Source of the DNA: Terriglobia bacterium
Lineage (GTDB): Bacteria > Acidobacteriota > Terriglobia > 20CM-2-55-15
Reading direction: 5' to 3'
Length of the DNA stretch: 64,000 nt
Assembly (NCBI GenBank): GCA_965198225.1
Contig: CBDAOY010000008.1
Span: 192,001-256,000 of the forward strand
The notes beneath the pieces were generated by a model that saw only the letters and a program-made list of their open reading frames with translations, was not told the DNA's origin and did no database searches. The stretch's first letter is position 1. Each line of letters opens with the position of its first letter. This document shows, one piece after another, positions 47,734 through 57,879 of this stretch. A program made the translations under genes and the position numbers.

Positions 47734-48660
47734 TCAGTTCTGGGTGTCGAGTTCTCCGCGAAGTTCCATCAGGATGCGGTCGACAGCGATCGGAAGGTTG
47801 CGGTACGCGTTGATCAGCGTGGCATATTTCTTCAGCGGAGAACGATCCATGATTTCGTCTCTGCTCAGACGCCGATCGTAATAGCCCTTGACCTCGGCCC
47901 GCATGTCGAGCAGATCGTCGCGCATCTGGCGCACGGTTTCACGGAGCCGACCCCCGTTCTCCACGATTCCGTGGCCCGGGATGAAGATGTCCGCGTCGAG
48001 TTCCAGGACCCGGTTCAGGGTTTCGATCCATTCGGTGGGGTATCCGGAACGCAAACCGGGGAACTGCTTGTTGAAGAAAATCTCACTCAGGAAGACGACC
48101 CTTTCGTCCGGAAGGTAGATCACGCTGTCGCCCTCGGTGTGGGCCCGGCCCAGAAAACCGATGCGTATCTGCTTGTCGCCGAGAAAGAGCGTAAGGCTGT
48201 CCTCGTATGTCATCACGGGAGGGGCTTGAGGTATATCAGTGGCCCTCTCGTAGTATTGCAGTAACCCCTGCCTGGCCTTCCGGTGCCCGACGATCAAAGC
48301 TCCGGCGTCTCGAAACAGATGGTTTCCGTTGGTGTGATCGGGGTGCCAGCTACAGTTGATCAGGTACTTGATCGGCTGGTCGGTCAGCTTGCGAATCTCG
48401 TCGATCAGTTTCTGCGCTTTGACATCGCTTTCATGAGCGTCACCGACATGTCCCAGTTCGTCACCGACGAGGACACCCTCTTCGGTGATCACCACCAGCG
48501 AGCTCACCGTGGCGGGGTCCTGGCTGCCGTCCGATTCGGTGTAGACATAGACGCCGTCCGCAACGCGCTGCATCCCGAGCTGATCCTGTCCGAAAACTTG
48601 TGGCGCTGCGGCGATGATTGTCACCGTGCCGATGAGCATGGGGAGCCGAAACCAGGTCAT
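47734..48660 (-). CDS. Exported metallo-beta-lactamase-fold hydrolase (cyclase-like)
   Basis: Signal peptide; SWHPDH (variant HxHxDH), AHTEGD and IPGHG. Confidence 0.8.
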   Translation of the reverse strand: MTWFRLPMLIGTVTIIAAAPQVFGQDQLGMQRVADGVYVYTESDGSQDPATVSSLVVITEEGVLVGDELGHVGDAHESDVKAQKLIDEIRKLTDQPIKYLINCSWHPDHTNGNHLFRDAGALIVGHRKARQGLLQYYERATDIPQAPPVMTYEDSLTLFLGDKQIRIGFLGRAHTEGDSVIYLPDERVVFLSEIFFNKQFPGLRSGYPTEWIETLNRVLELDADIFIPGHGIVENGGRLRETVRQMRDDLLDMRAEVKGYYDRRLSRDEIMDRSPLKKYATLINAYRNLPIAVDRILMELRGELDTQN

Positions 48661-48928
48661 GTATCACTCCTTTCTGCCGACGGTTGGATGAGAGACGGGC
48701 GCTGGGCGACGCGACGGCAGGTCAAGGTCGTTTCAGCGCTTCGGAAAAGGTCGGATGATTCTAGCAGCACATGAATGCCCAGTCGAGAATCAGCAAGCGG
48801 CGGGTGTCAGGGATAGCGACGGCGTTGCCGGTTTCGTCGTTTCACCATCGCCGTCTTCTCCCGATCGGCCAGCTACACAAGCTTCGTGTTCGACGATCCG
48901 AGATAATTTGCTATATTTCCCAGATCGC

Positions 48929-49747
48929 ATGTCCATGTTTAGTCGACGCGCCAACAAACTCGCGCTCTTTCTCGTCCCCGCAGCGATGATCGCCGGAAGC
49001 CTCAGCGTTTTCTCCGCCGCCGCCGGTCAGGCTAGCGCAAGCCACGCCCAAAGCGCCGACCAGAAGACCGTCTGGGACGGCGTGTACACGTCTGCTCAGG
49101 CGAATCGAGGCCTCGTTGAATATCAGGCCAGCTGTAGTGGGTGCCATCGGGGCGAGCTCGACGGCGACACCGGCCTCAGCATGGATGGCCGACTGCGCGG
49201 AGACGGTTTCATGAAGCGCTGGATGGGGACCAGCCTGGACGGTCTTTTCACCGCGATCCAGGCCACGATGCCCCCTGAGAACGCCGGGGGCCTGAGTGCG
49301 AACGCCTACCTCGACATCGTCGCCCTGCTCCTGCGCGCGAACTCTTTCCCGGCCGGTGATGGAGAGCTGAGGGCGGATCTGCTCGGAAGCATTCTGATCG
49401 AAGGGGAACATGGGCCGGAACCACTGCCCAGCTTTTCGTTCGTTCAGCTGGTCGGCTGCCTCACCAAAGGCGCGGACGACACGTGGAACCTGACCCATGC
49501 CAGTGAACCGGTCCGGACGACGGAAACCGATCACTCCACCCCGGAAGAGCGGGAGGCCGCCCAAGCAAAGCCACTGGGGACGCAAACGTTCCGGCTACAG
49601 AATTTTGAGTATCTCGGGACGGATTTCAGCCCCGACGGGCACAGGGACCACAGGATGCAGACCAAGGGTGTCCTGATCAGAGTGGCCTCCGGTGACCGTA
49701 TCCAACTGACTTTGATGGAGATGCTGGCTCCGCGCTGCGATCCGTGA
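48929..49747 (+). CDS. Exported monohaem cytochrome c with C-terminal beta domain
   Basis: TVWDGVYT..QA.RG, CSGCH and distal Met (TMPP). Start approximate. Confidence 0.8.
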   Translation: MSMFSRRANKLALFLVPAAMIAGSLSVFSAAAGQASASHAQSADQKTVWDGVYTSAQANRGLVEYQASCSGCHRGELDGDTGLSMDGRLRGDGFMKRWMGTSLDGLFTAIQATMPPENAGGLSANAYLDIVALLLRANSFPAGDGELRADLLGSILIEGEHGPEPLPSFSFVQLVGCLTKGADDTWNLTHASEPVRTTETDHSTPEEREAAQAKPLGTQTFRLQNFEYLGTDFSPDGHRDHRMQTKGVLIRVASGDRIQLTLMEMLAPRCDP

Positions 49748-49784
49748 CCCCGCCTTGCGCCCACCGATTCTGTCCGCAATTTGA

Positions 49785-49814
49785 TTGCAGACAGGGGGGG
49801 TGCCGTCCTATAAT
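49785..49814 (+). promoter_or_regulatory. Candidate sigma70 promoter for module copy 2
   Basis: TTGCAG-N18 (containing G7)-TATAAT. Confidence 0.5.
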
Positions 49815-49928
49815 TCGCCCAGGTTTTTGCGTCATTTATCGAAATAATAACAAGTGGCCCTTCGGAACCCTCAAGTGATGGATCGTCGAGGGGGCCCGAC
49901 CCAGTCCCCGCAGCCGGTAGAAAGACCG

Positions 49929-52370
49929 ATGAAAAAAATATCCGTTTTCGTTCTCATAGCCCTATTCGTGGTGTTGCTTCTTGGACATGCGAACAGAATG
50001 CTGGTGGCCGGGCCCTCGTCGCCATCAGCGCAAACCTCCCAGACGATGACAGTCGCCGATCGAGTGGCACTGGTCGAGCAGTACTGTGCTTACTGCCACG
50101 ACGACGACGTGCGTGACGGAGGCTTTTCGTTCTTCACCGACGTCGACCTCGAGCATCCGGATCAAACCGCGGAGCAAGTCGAGAAAGTGATCCTCAAGCT
50201 GCGAACCGGAATGATGCCTCCGACCGGCATGCCGCGGCCCGGGGATGACTCCCTCATGGAATTCGCGGCGGCGTTGGAAACCGACGTCGATCGCGTCGCC
50301 GCCGAAAACCCGAATCCAGGCCGACCGTCCCTTCACCGGCTGAATCGAACCGAGTACCAGAACTCGATCCGCGACCTGCTGGATCTCGAAATTGACGCGG
50401 CTTCGTTCCTGCCGGCCGACGACATGAGTCACGGTTTCGACAACATGTCGGAGGTGCTGACCGTTTCCTCGACGCTGATGGAGGCCTACATTCGGGCCGC
50501 GGGCAAGATCGGACGCATCGCCGTTGGTGACCCTGGCATGCAGCCGGTAGTCGAGACGTATGCAGTCTCGACGAGTTTCTCCCAGGACAACTACGTTGAA
50601 GGGACGCCTTTCGGGACGCGGGGCGGAACCGCTTTTGTGCATAACTTTCCGGCCGATGGGGAATACATACTAATCGTTTCGCTGGTGTTCACTGCGAACA
50701 CGAACCTGTTTGGTAACAGCGCCAAGGGTGAAAAGGTCGAGGTCGCCGTGAACGGCGAGAGGGTCGCTCTGTTCGACGTCGATCCCACCATGCAAGTCGA
50801 CGAGCTCCTGGAAACGCCCCCGATCGCCATGAAGATGGGGCCTCAGAAGATTTCGGTCTCGTTTTTGAGAAGCGTCAACAGGAGCGACGGCCCCTACGAC
50901 GATCTGCTTCGGCCGATCGGACGGACCCTGGGTGATATCTCCGCCGGTTCGGTGATGGGACTGACAAACCTGCCCCACGTCCGGGATGTCGGGATCAAGG
51001 GGCCGTACAACGCAACCGGCGTGAGCGACACTCCCACTCGTCGCAAGATATTCACGTGTCGCCCGACCAACGCAGGCGAAGAGGCGTCCTGCGCCACCGA
51101 GATCATTTCGGTCCTGGCGCGCCAGGCGTTCCGGAAGCCTGTATCGGCGGAGCACCTCGAGGAGTTGATGGCGGTCTATGAGACCGCCCGGGAAAATGGG
51201 GACTTCGATTCGGGCATCCGTGTGGCGCTGCAGTTGATGCTGGCCCACCCCGAATTCGTTTTCCGCTTCGAGAAGACCCCCGTCGGCGTCGAACCCGGTA
51301 CAAACTACCGCATCGACGACCTGGAGCTGGCAGCCCGGCTGTCGTATTTTCTGTGGAGCACGGCCCCCGACGACGAACTCATCAACCTTGCCAGCCAGGG
51401 ACGTCTCTCGGATCCCGATGTTCTCGAGCAGCAGGTGCGGCGATTGCTGGCCGATCCTCGCTCCGAGGCGCTGGCGCGGAACTTCGCAGGACAGTGGCTG
51501 TACCTGCGTAATCTGAAAGACTCGCAACCGGACATTTACATCTACCCCGAAATCGACGACGGCCTGCTGCAGTCGATGCGGCGCGAGACGGAGCTTCTCT
51601 TCGACAGCATCGTGCGAGAGAACCGCAACGTGGTTGACCTGCTGACGGCGGATTACACGTTCGTCAACGAGCCCCTGGCGAAACACTACGGGATCTCCGG
51701 TGTTCTGGGGAACCGGTTCCGGCGGGTCGCGCTCACCGACGCGAACCGTTTTGGCGTGCTGGGGCATGGAAGCGTCCTGACCGTGACGTCGTTCTCCAAC
51801 CGGACCTCTCCGGTCGTACGTGGCAAGTGGGTCCTGGAACAGATCGTGGGTGCGATTGCACCGGTGCCTCCTCCCAACGTCCCGCCGCTGGAAGAAAACA
51901 CCGTTAACGGCGGCGAACTGGTCCAGCCCAAATCAGTGCGGGACCGTCTCGAGCTGCACCGCCAGAACGAGCCGTGCATGTCGTGCCACAAGATCATCGA
52001 CCCGATCGGGCTGGCGCTGGAGAATTTCGATGCGATCGGGGCCTGGCGTGACCGGGATAGCGGTTACCCTGTCGTCACAACGGGGGAGCTCGTAGACGGG
52101 ACTCCTGTGGAGGATCCGGTCAGCCTCCGGCGCGCGCTTTTGGGGTATTCCGACGCCTACCTCCGGAATTTCACCAAGCAGCTATTGACCTATGCGCTGG
52201 GCCGAGGAGTCGAATACTACGATATGCCGGTGGTTCGCCAGATCGCACGCGATGCGGCCGACGAGGACAACCGGTTCGTGCCGATCGTCATGGGAATCGT
52301 GAACAGCATGCCGTTTCAGATGAGAAGGGCGGAGCGGCCCACCGATTTGAATGAGCGCCAACAGAGGTGA
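49929..52370 (+). CDS. PSD/PSCyt dihaem protein (module copy 2)
   Basis: CAYCH and CMSCH with the same motif set as 42790..45270. Likely start MKKISVFVLIA. Confidence 0.92.
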   Translation: MKKISVFVLIALFVVLLLGHANRMLVAGPSSPSAQTSQTMTVADRVALVEQYCAYCHDDDVRDGGFSFFTDVDLEHPDQTAEQVEKVILKLRTGMMPPTGMPRPGDDSLMEFAAALETDVDRVAAENPNPGRPSLHRLNRTEYQNSIRDLLDLEIDAASFLPADDMSHGFDNMSEVLTVSSTLMEAYIRAAGKIGRIAVGDPGMQPVVETYAVSTSFSQDNYVEGTPFGTRGGTAFVHNFPADGEYILIVSLVFTANTNLFGNSAKGEKVEVAVNGERVALFDVDPTMQVDELLETPPIAMKMGPQKISVSFLRSVNRSDGPYDDLLRPIGRTLGDISAGSVMGLTNLPHVRDVGIKGPYNATGVSDTPTRRKIFTCRPTNAGEEASCATEIISVLARQAFRKPVSAEHLEELMAVYETARENGDFDSGIRVALQLMLAHPEFVFRFEKTPVGVEPGTNYRIDDLELAARLSYFLWSTAPDDELINLASQGRLSDPDVLEQQVRRLLADPRSEALARNFAGQWLYLRNLKDSQPDIYIYPEIDDGLLQSMRRETELLFDSIVRENRNVVDLLTADYTFVNEPLAKHYGISGVLGNRFRRVALTDANRFGVLGHGSVLTVTSFSNRTSPVVRGKWVLEQIVGAIAPVPPPNVPPLEENTVNGGELVQPKSVRDRLELHRQNEPCMSCHKIIDPIGLALENFDAIGAWRDRDSGYPVVTTGELVDGTPVEDPVSLRRALLGYSDAYLRNFTKQLLTYALGRGVEYYDMPVVRQIARDAADEDNRFVPIVMGIVNSMPFQMRRAERPTDLNERQQR

Positions 52371-52445
52371 GGGCAGCTCTATGGAGCCGCTCACCGAAAC
52401 TTGAAATTTTGATTTAGTTTTAGAAACTCAACTCAGGAGCACCGA

Positions 52446-53825
52446 ATGTTCATTACCAAGAAACACATTTCCCGCCGGACGGTTCTTCGCGGCATGGGGG
52501 CGGCCGTGGCGTTGCCGTTTCTGGAATCGATGGCGCCCGCGCAGACCCCATTGAAGAACACAGCCGCATCGTCGCCGACGCGGCTGTGTGCGATCGAAAT
52601 GGTGCACGGGGCGGCCGGCAGCACGCGGTTAGGCCAGAAGCTGAACCTCTGGTCGCCGGCAAAAGAGGGATCCGACTTTGAGATCACTCCAACGCTGATG
52701 TCGCTCGAGCCCTACCAGGACTACCTCACGATCGTCACCAACACCGACCTCGACCCGGCCCGAGCCTGGGTGGCCAAGGAGGAGGGTTCCGACCATACCC
52801 GTTCAGCGGCAACCTTCCTGACGGCTGCGCACCCGAAGATGACTGAGGGGGCGGACATCTATTGCGGCACCTCCATGGATCAGGCCTACGCGCACCACGC
52901 TGGCCAGGACACGCCGCTGCCTTCGATCCAGCTCTGCATCGAGAACGTCGGGTCGCTGTCAGCCGCCTGCGGCTACGGCTACAGTTGTGTGTACGCGAAC
53001 ACGATCTCCTGGTCCGATCCGACGACTCCTCTGCCGATGGAGCGCGACCCGCGGGTCGCCTTCGAGCGATTGTTCGGAAGCGGGGGCACACCGGAAGACC
53101 GTCTGAACCGGAGACGCGAGGACCGTAGCATTCTCGACACGATCACGCACGCTGTGGCGCGGTTGCAACAGGACCTTGGCCCGAGCGATCGCGAACGGCT
53201 CCAGGGTTATCTGCAGGATGTCCGGGAGATCGAGCGCCGGATCCTGAAGATCGAGCAGTACAACAGCGACAATCCCGACGTCAGGGAACTGCCGGCCGCG
53301 CCGATCGGCGTGCCGGATTCGTTTGACGAGCACGTGGCGCTGATGTTCGACCTGCAGGCGCTGGCGTTTATGGCGGATGTGACGCGGGTCTCGGCTTTCA
53401 AGATGGGACGCGACGTCAGCGCGCGGGTTTATCCCCCAAGTGGCGTCAAGACGCCGTTCCATTCGGCCTCACATCACGGCGATAAGGCGGAAAGCGTCGC
53501 CGAGTTTGCCCAGCTGAACCAGTATCACGTCAGCACGGTTGCCCCCTTCCTGGAGAAGCTGAAGAATACTCCCGATGGCGACGGCAACCTGCTGGATCAC
53601 TCGCTGGTCATGTACGGGAGCCCGATGGGGAACTCTCATGTTCACGAACACTTAAGGCTACCAATATTCCTCGTCGGACACGCCAACGGTAAGATCAAGG
53701 GCAACCTCCACCTGAAGATGCCGGAAGGAACACCCTTGGCTAATCTGATGCTGACCATGCTGCATCGACTCGGTCTCGACGATCTCACCGAGTTCGGCGA
53801 CAGCACCGGCGAGCTTGCTATCTGA
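52446..53825 (+). CDS. DUF1552 (HxxSHH) family Tat protein (module copy 2)
   Basis: 459 aa, same length as copy 1; CGYGYSCVY, FHSASHH and SHVHEH. Confidence 0.9.
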   Translation: MFITKKHISRRTVLRGMGAAVALPFLESMAPAQTPLKNTAASSPTRLCAIEMVHGAAGSTRLGQKLNLWSPAKEGSDFEITPTLMSLEPYQDYLTIVTNTDLDPARAWVAKEEGSDHTRSAATFLTAAHPKMTEGADIYCGTSMDQAYAHHAGQDTPLPSIQLCIENVGSLSAACGYGYSCVYANTISWSDPTTPLPMERDPRVAFERLFGSGGTPEDRLNRRREDRSILDTITHAVARLQQDLGPSDRERLQGYLQDVREIERRILKIEQYNSDNPDVRELPAAPIGVPDSFDEHVALMFDLQALAFMADVTRVSAFKMGRDVSARVYPPSGVKTPFHSASHHGDKAESVAEFAQLNQYHVSTVAPFLEKLKNTPDGDGNLLDHSLVMYGSPMGNSHVHEHLRLPIFLVGHANGKIKGNLHLKMPEGTPLANLMLTMLHRLGLDDLTEFGDSTGELAI

Positions 53826-53866
53826 GGCCCTTAACGGGAAAGAGAGAATTCAGGAGGAGACCGAAC

Positions 53867-55501
53867 ATGTTGCGGAAGACCTTGCTAATAGCAGTGATTG
53901 TGGTTTCGATGGCAGGCGTGCTGTCGGCGGCCCCGGGAGACGTTCGACTGGCCGATGCAGCACAGCGGGGTGACGTGGACGCCGTGCGTTCCCTGCTGGC
54001 GGAAGACGTCGATGTCAGTGCCTCCCAGGGAGACGGCATGACGGCCCTACACTGGGCGGCGTACAGGAACGACCTCGAATTGGCCCAGCTGTTGACCGAA
54101 GCCGGCGCCGACATTCACGCGGTGACGCGTGAAGAAGCGCTCACTCCGCTCCTGCTGGCCGGTGGTACGGGAAACGCGGCGTTGATCGAGTTGTTGCTCG
54201 ACGCCGGAGCGGATGCGAATTCAGCCAATTCGATCGGGACGACCGTTCTGATGGAGGCCGCGGCGGCGGGCAGCGTGGCCGCGGTGAAGACGTTGCTGGA
54301 TCGTGGAGCGGACCCGAACGAGAAAGCCCTCCGTGACCAGACCGCGCTGATGTTCGCGGCAGCTCGAAACCGCGCTGACGTCGTCCGACTGCTGGGGCCT
54401 CGCGGTGCGGATCTGAATGCGACGAGCGAGACACTCCCGATGGATTTGCCCCTCTTTGACGACAACGGCAACCGCATCCCGAATCGTACGGGTGCCGGTC
54501 GGCCGAAAGCGGACATGATGGGTGGGAACACCCCGCTGCATTATGCCGTTCGCGAGGGTCACTTTGACGCCGTCCGCGCCCTGGTCGAGACTGGCGCCAA
54601 CGTCAACGAGCGGAACCCCGGGGACAGGATGACGCCGATCGTCATGGCGATCGTCAACGGCGAGTTCGATATCGCGAAGTACCTGCTGGACCATGGTGCG
54701 GACCCGAACATGGCGACCGTCGACGGTCTGGCTGCTCTTTACGCCACGATCGACATGCGGTATGCCCCTGTCGCCTGGTCCCCGACCAGGCAGACCGCGG
54801 CCAGCGGCATCTCGCAACGGGAGTTGAGCTACCTCGGTTTGATGGAGATTCTGCTGGAGAAAGGCGCCGAGCCCAACGTTCGGTTGGTAAAGCCCCTGTG
54901 GTTCAGACCGCCCCATCACAACCAGATGTGGGTCAGTGCCGCAGGATCGACCCCGTTCTGGCGAGCCGCGCAGGCAAACGACCTCGGTGCGATGAAGCTC
55001 CTGGTCGCGTATGGCGCCGACCCGGCGGTCCAGTCGACGGAGGGCAACACGGCGCTGGCGATGGCAGCCGGGATCGGCTGGCTCGGGAATTTCGCCCTGA
55101 ACCATCCGGACGGCTATATGCCGTCGACCCAGTACCTTGTCGAAGAACTCGGCATCGAAGTAGAGACCGCGGACAAGAAGGGTTACACGCCGCTGATGGG
55201 CGCCGCGCACCGGGGCGACGAAGAGATGGTCCAGTATCTCGTAGACCATGGCGCGAACCTGCAAAGTCGAACCGAGCTCGGATGGGCGGTGACGGACATG
55301 GCGAACGGACCCTATATCGGTTCGAGCGTTCGCCTGTCCCATCCCGACACCGTCGCGCTTCTGCTCGAGTTGGGTGCTCCGTCGGTGATCAACCTGGGTG
55401 ACGAGGAAATACTGGGTGTTATCAAACGCCAGATCGAGGTGACCGAGGACGGATACCGGGAGAAGAAATCGGACCCCAAGAAGACCCCGAACCCTCGTTA
55501 G
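53867..55501 (+). CDS. Secreted ankyrin-repeat protein (module copy 2)
   Basis: 544 aa, paralog of 39661..41295. Confidence 0.92.
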   Translation: MLRKTLLIAVIVVSMAGVLSAAPGDVRLADAAQRGDVDAVRSLLAEDVDVSASQGDGMTALHWAAYRNDLELAQLLTEAGADIHAVTREEALTPLLLAGGTGNAALIELLLDAGADANSANSIGTTVLMEAAAAGSVAAVKTLLDRGADPNEKALRDQTALMFAAARNRADVVRLLGPRGADLNATSETLPMDLPLFDDNGNRIPNRTGAGRPKADMMGGNTPLHYAVREGHFDAVRALVETGANVNERNPGDRMTPIVMAIVNGEFDIAKYLLDHGADPNMATVDGLAALYATIDMRYAPVAWSPTRQTAASGISQRELSYLGLMEILLEKGAEPNVRLVKPLWFRPPHHNQMWVSAAGSTPFWRAAQANDLGAMKLLVAYGADPAVQSTEGNTALAMAAGIGWLGNFALNHPDGYMPSTQYLVEELGIEVETADKKGYTPLMGAAHRGDEEMVQYLVDHGANLQSRTELGWAVTDMANGPYIGSSVRLSHPDTVALLLELGAPSVINLGDEEILGVIKRQIEVTEDGYREKKSDPKKTPNPR

Positions 55502-55528
55502 AAGAGTAGAGCAAGAGTCAAAACACAC

Positions 55529-55562
55529 GCGCCAGGCGGTGTTGCCGCCTGGCGTTTTTTTT
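55529..55562 (+). terminator. Intrinsic terminator
   Basis: GCGCCAGGCGG-tgttg-CCGCCTGGCG followed by T8. Confidence 0.8.
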
Positions 55563-55567
55563 GTGGT

Positions 55568-55870
55568 GTAGGGGCGGTCTATGACCGCACGTCGCTGCGG
55601 TTCGAAGAATGTGCGGTCATAGACCGCCCCTACACTTGCCTGGAATAGAATTTCTGCCGAGGCGCGGGACAGTCTTGCTTTCGAGTGTAGGTGCGGTCTA
55701 TGACCGCACGTCGTTGGGGTTCGAAGAATGTGCGGTCATAGACCGCCCCTACACTTGCCTGGAATAGAATTCCTGCCGAGGCGCGGGACAGTCTTGCTTT
55801 CGAGTGTAGGTGCGCTCTATGAGCGCACGTCGTTGCGGTTCGAAGAATGTGCGGTCATAGACCGCCCCAA
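55568..55870. repeat. Three REPIN doublets in ~119-bp tandem units
   Basis: Same REPs as elsewhere; the linker ACTTGCCTGGAATAGAATT...TTTCGAGT is repeated twice. Confidence 0.88.
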
Positions 55871-55883
55871 CACCCTATAAACC

Positions 55884-57764
55884 TCAATTCTGGTTGCGGA
55901 TGCGGTCCAGGTTGGTTCGTGCAGTTTCGTTGGTCGGGTCGACGGCGAGCGCGCGTTCGAAATATTCGGACGCTTCCTCCAGTCGGTCGAACTCGATCTC
56001 CAGCAGGCCGAGGTTGTTGAGCGCGACGGTGTGGTACGGGTCGATTTCGAGTGCGGAAAGATTGTGCCGGCGCACGGTTTCGATCAGGACAAGATGGTCG
56101 AGCCTCGACATCGGTCCCGCAAGTCGCTCGCCTCTCGCCCGCGCGAGCGCGATGTGAGCGTCCGCGAAGCCGGAATCCTGCCGCAGGACCTCTTCGAGTT
56201 CAGGAATGGCGGCCGCCATGTTTCCCTGCCCGATCAACGCGATCGCGAGATTGTATCGGGCTTCCGTGAAGCCGGAATCGACGTCCAGAACCCGTCGGTA
56301 CGCGCGGATCGCGTCCGAGGTCCGGCCCAGGCTCTGGTACCCGGAGGCGAGATAATACAACGGAGGGACGGAGTCGTACTCATCCGCCTGTGTCAATGCT
56401 GCTAGTTGTTCCACGCCTGCAGGCACGTCCGCCCCGCGGGATAGCGCCAGCCCCATATACAGCTCTTCCTGCTCGTCTGGAAAGTAGAAGCGCAACGGCC
56501 CGGTGTAGGGCTCGGTAGGCTCTTTCCGTTCGGCAAGTAAGCCTGAAGGAATCCTTCGCTGGATGTAGTGGTCGGTCATCGTCGCGCGGACGACGTCGTG
56601 CGTGCGTCGTTCCGGCATATGGCAGGCGATACAGTCGTCGCCGTTCTCCGCACGTACGCTGCGAGTCTCAGTGCAGTCATCCGCTGATTGGTGACAATCG
56701 AGACACTTGGCCTTGTAGAAGGTCGCCGGATCTTCAGGAACGCGATGCGGATCGTGGCAGCTCGTACAGGTCATCTCGCTGGATGCGAAACACAGCGACT
56801 TCCGCAGGCGGTAGGCCTGGTGGACGATGTTGAACTCATCCCGTCCCGCCTCCGGTGGATAATCGAAAACCGCAACGTAATCCTCGAGCGGCTCACCCGG
56901 CCTGTAAGAAAAGACCCCTCTCCCTTCCTTCACGACGACGTCTGGAAGCAGTGCACTGCTGGTTTCCAGATGGCATTGCATGCAGATATCGAGTTGAAGT
57001 TTTCGCGTGAGGCGCGCGGGATTGACGATGCTGGCGCGCAGCTCTGTCGGCCGAGCGCCTCTTGAAGCCAGTCCGACGTGTTCCCGGCCCGGGCCATGGC
57101 ATCGTTCGCAGCCGATGCCTGAACGCAGGTCCGCGGTGAAGCGGGGCCGCCGGGCCTCGTAGCGCGTCCAGTCTTCGGGCAGATTCGGGTAGGCGTTGTG
57201 GCAGAAAAAACACCGGTACTCGACACGCCGGGAGAAACCCTCGTGATCGGCGCGGTCATAGCCCGGCGCCATACCCCACGACGCCTCGTCGGCGTACCAG
57301 ACCACCGGAAACTGGATCAATTCCCCGGCATCGGACAAGTAGAAATAGTCCCTCTCCTTGTTGCCCGATCCGAGGACGAATTCAATCTCTTTCTCGAAGC
57401 TGTGGATTTCGTCTTCGGACGCGTCGAGCTTGTAGCGGCGTTGAAAATAGCGCCCGTTACGCCGACTCATCTCGAAGTACTGGTCCGACGCCTCATGGTA
57501 GAGGCGATTGTTCCGGGTCCAGTCTTCGATGGGTTGGGTGCCCTCGATCCGGTTGAACGACCGGGCCATCCCCACTGCCTGGTAGCTCTCGTACTTAGAT
57601 GAGTGACAGGTCGCACACGCCCGGGACCCGACGTATTCTGGCAGCACCGCAGGCCCGGCCCCTTGTCCCGCCATGACGTAAGAGGTGAGCGCCCCCAGGC
57701 TGAAAAGAGAAAGCCACAAGAGCACCGCGGAGGACCCACGTACCCTTGTGGCTCTCGAATTCAT
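55884..57764 (-). CDS. Multihaem cytochrome c (7 CxxCH) with C-terminal TPR repeats
   Basis: CATCH, CFFCH, CERCH, CMQCH, CTSCH, CLDCH and CIACH; TPR-like helices (ARYNLA, ALNNLG). Confidence 0.9.
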   Translation of the reverse strand: MNSRATRVRGSSAVLLWLSLFSLGALTSYVMAGQGAGPAVLPEYVGSRACATCHSSKYESYQAVGMARSFNRIEGTQPIEDWTRNNRLYHEASDQYFEMSRRNGRYFQRRYKLDASEDEIHSFEKEIEFVLGSGNKERDYFYLSDAGELIQFPVVWYADEASWGMAPGYDRADHEGFSRRVEYRCFFCHNAYPNLPEDWTRYEARRPRFTADLRSGIGCERCHGPGREHVGLASRGARPTELRASIVNPARLTRKLQLDICMQCHLETSSALLPDVVVKEGRGVFSYRPGEPLEDYVAVFDYPPEAGRDEFNIVHQAYRLRKSLCFASSEMTCTSCHDPHRVPEDPATFYKAKCLDCHQSADDCTETRSVRAENGDDCIACHMPERRTHDVVRATMTDHYIQRRIPSGLLAERKEPTEPYTGPLRFYFPDEQEELYMGLALSRGADVPAGVEQLAALTQADEYDSVPPLYYLASGYQSLGRTSDAIRAYRRVLDVDSGFTEARYNLAIALIGQGNMAAAIPELEEVLRQDSGFADAHIALARARGERLAGPMSRLDHLVLIETVRRHNLSALEIDPYHTVALNNLGLLEIEFDRLEEASEYFERALAVDPTNETARTNLDRIRNQN

Positions 57765-57879
57765 GAAACGATGTTAGACCGCACCGCGATCGATTACAAC
57801 GGCGCGAGTTCCGGGACAGAAACCGAATTCTTATGCTGAATTCGGTCTCCGTCCTCAATCATTTCTCTTTCGTCCCTCC

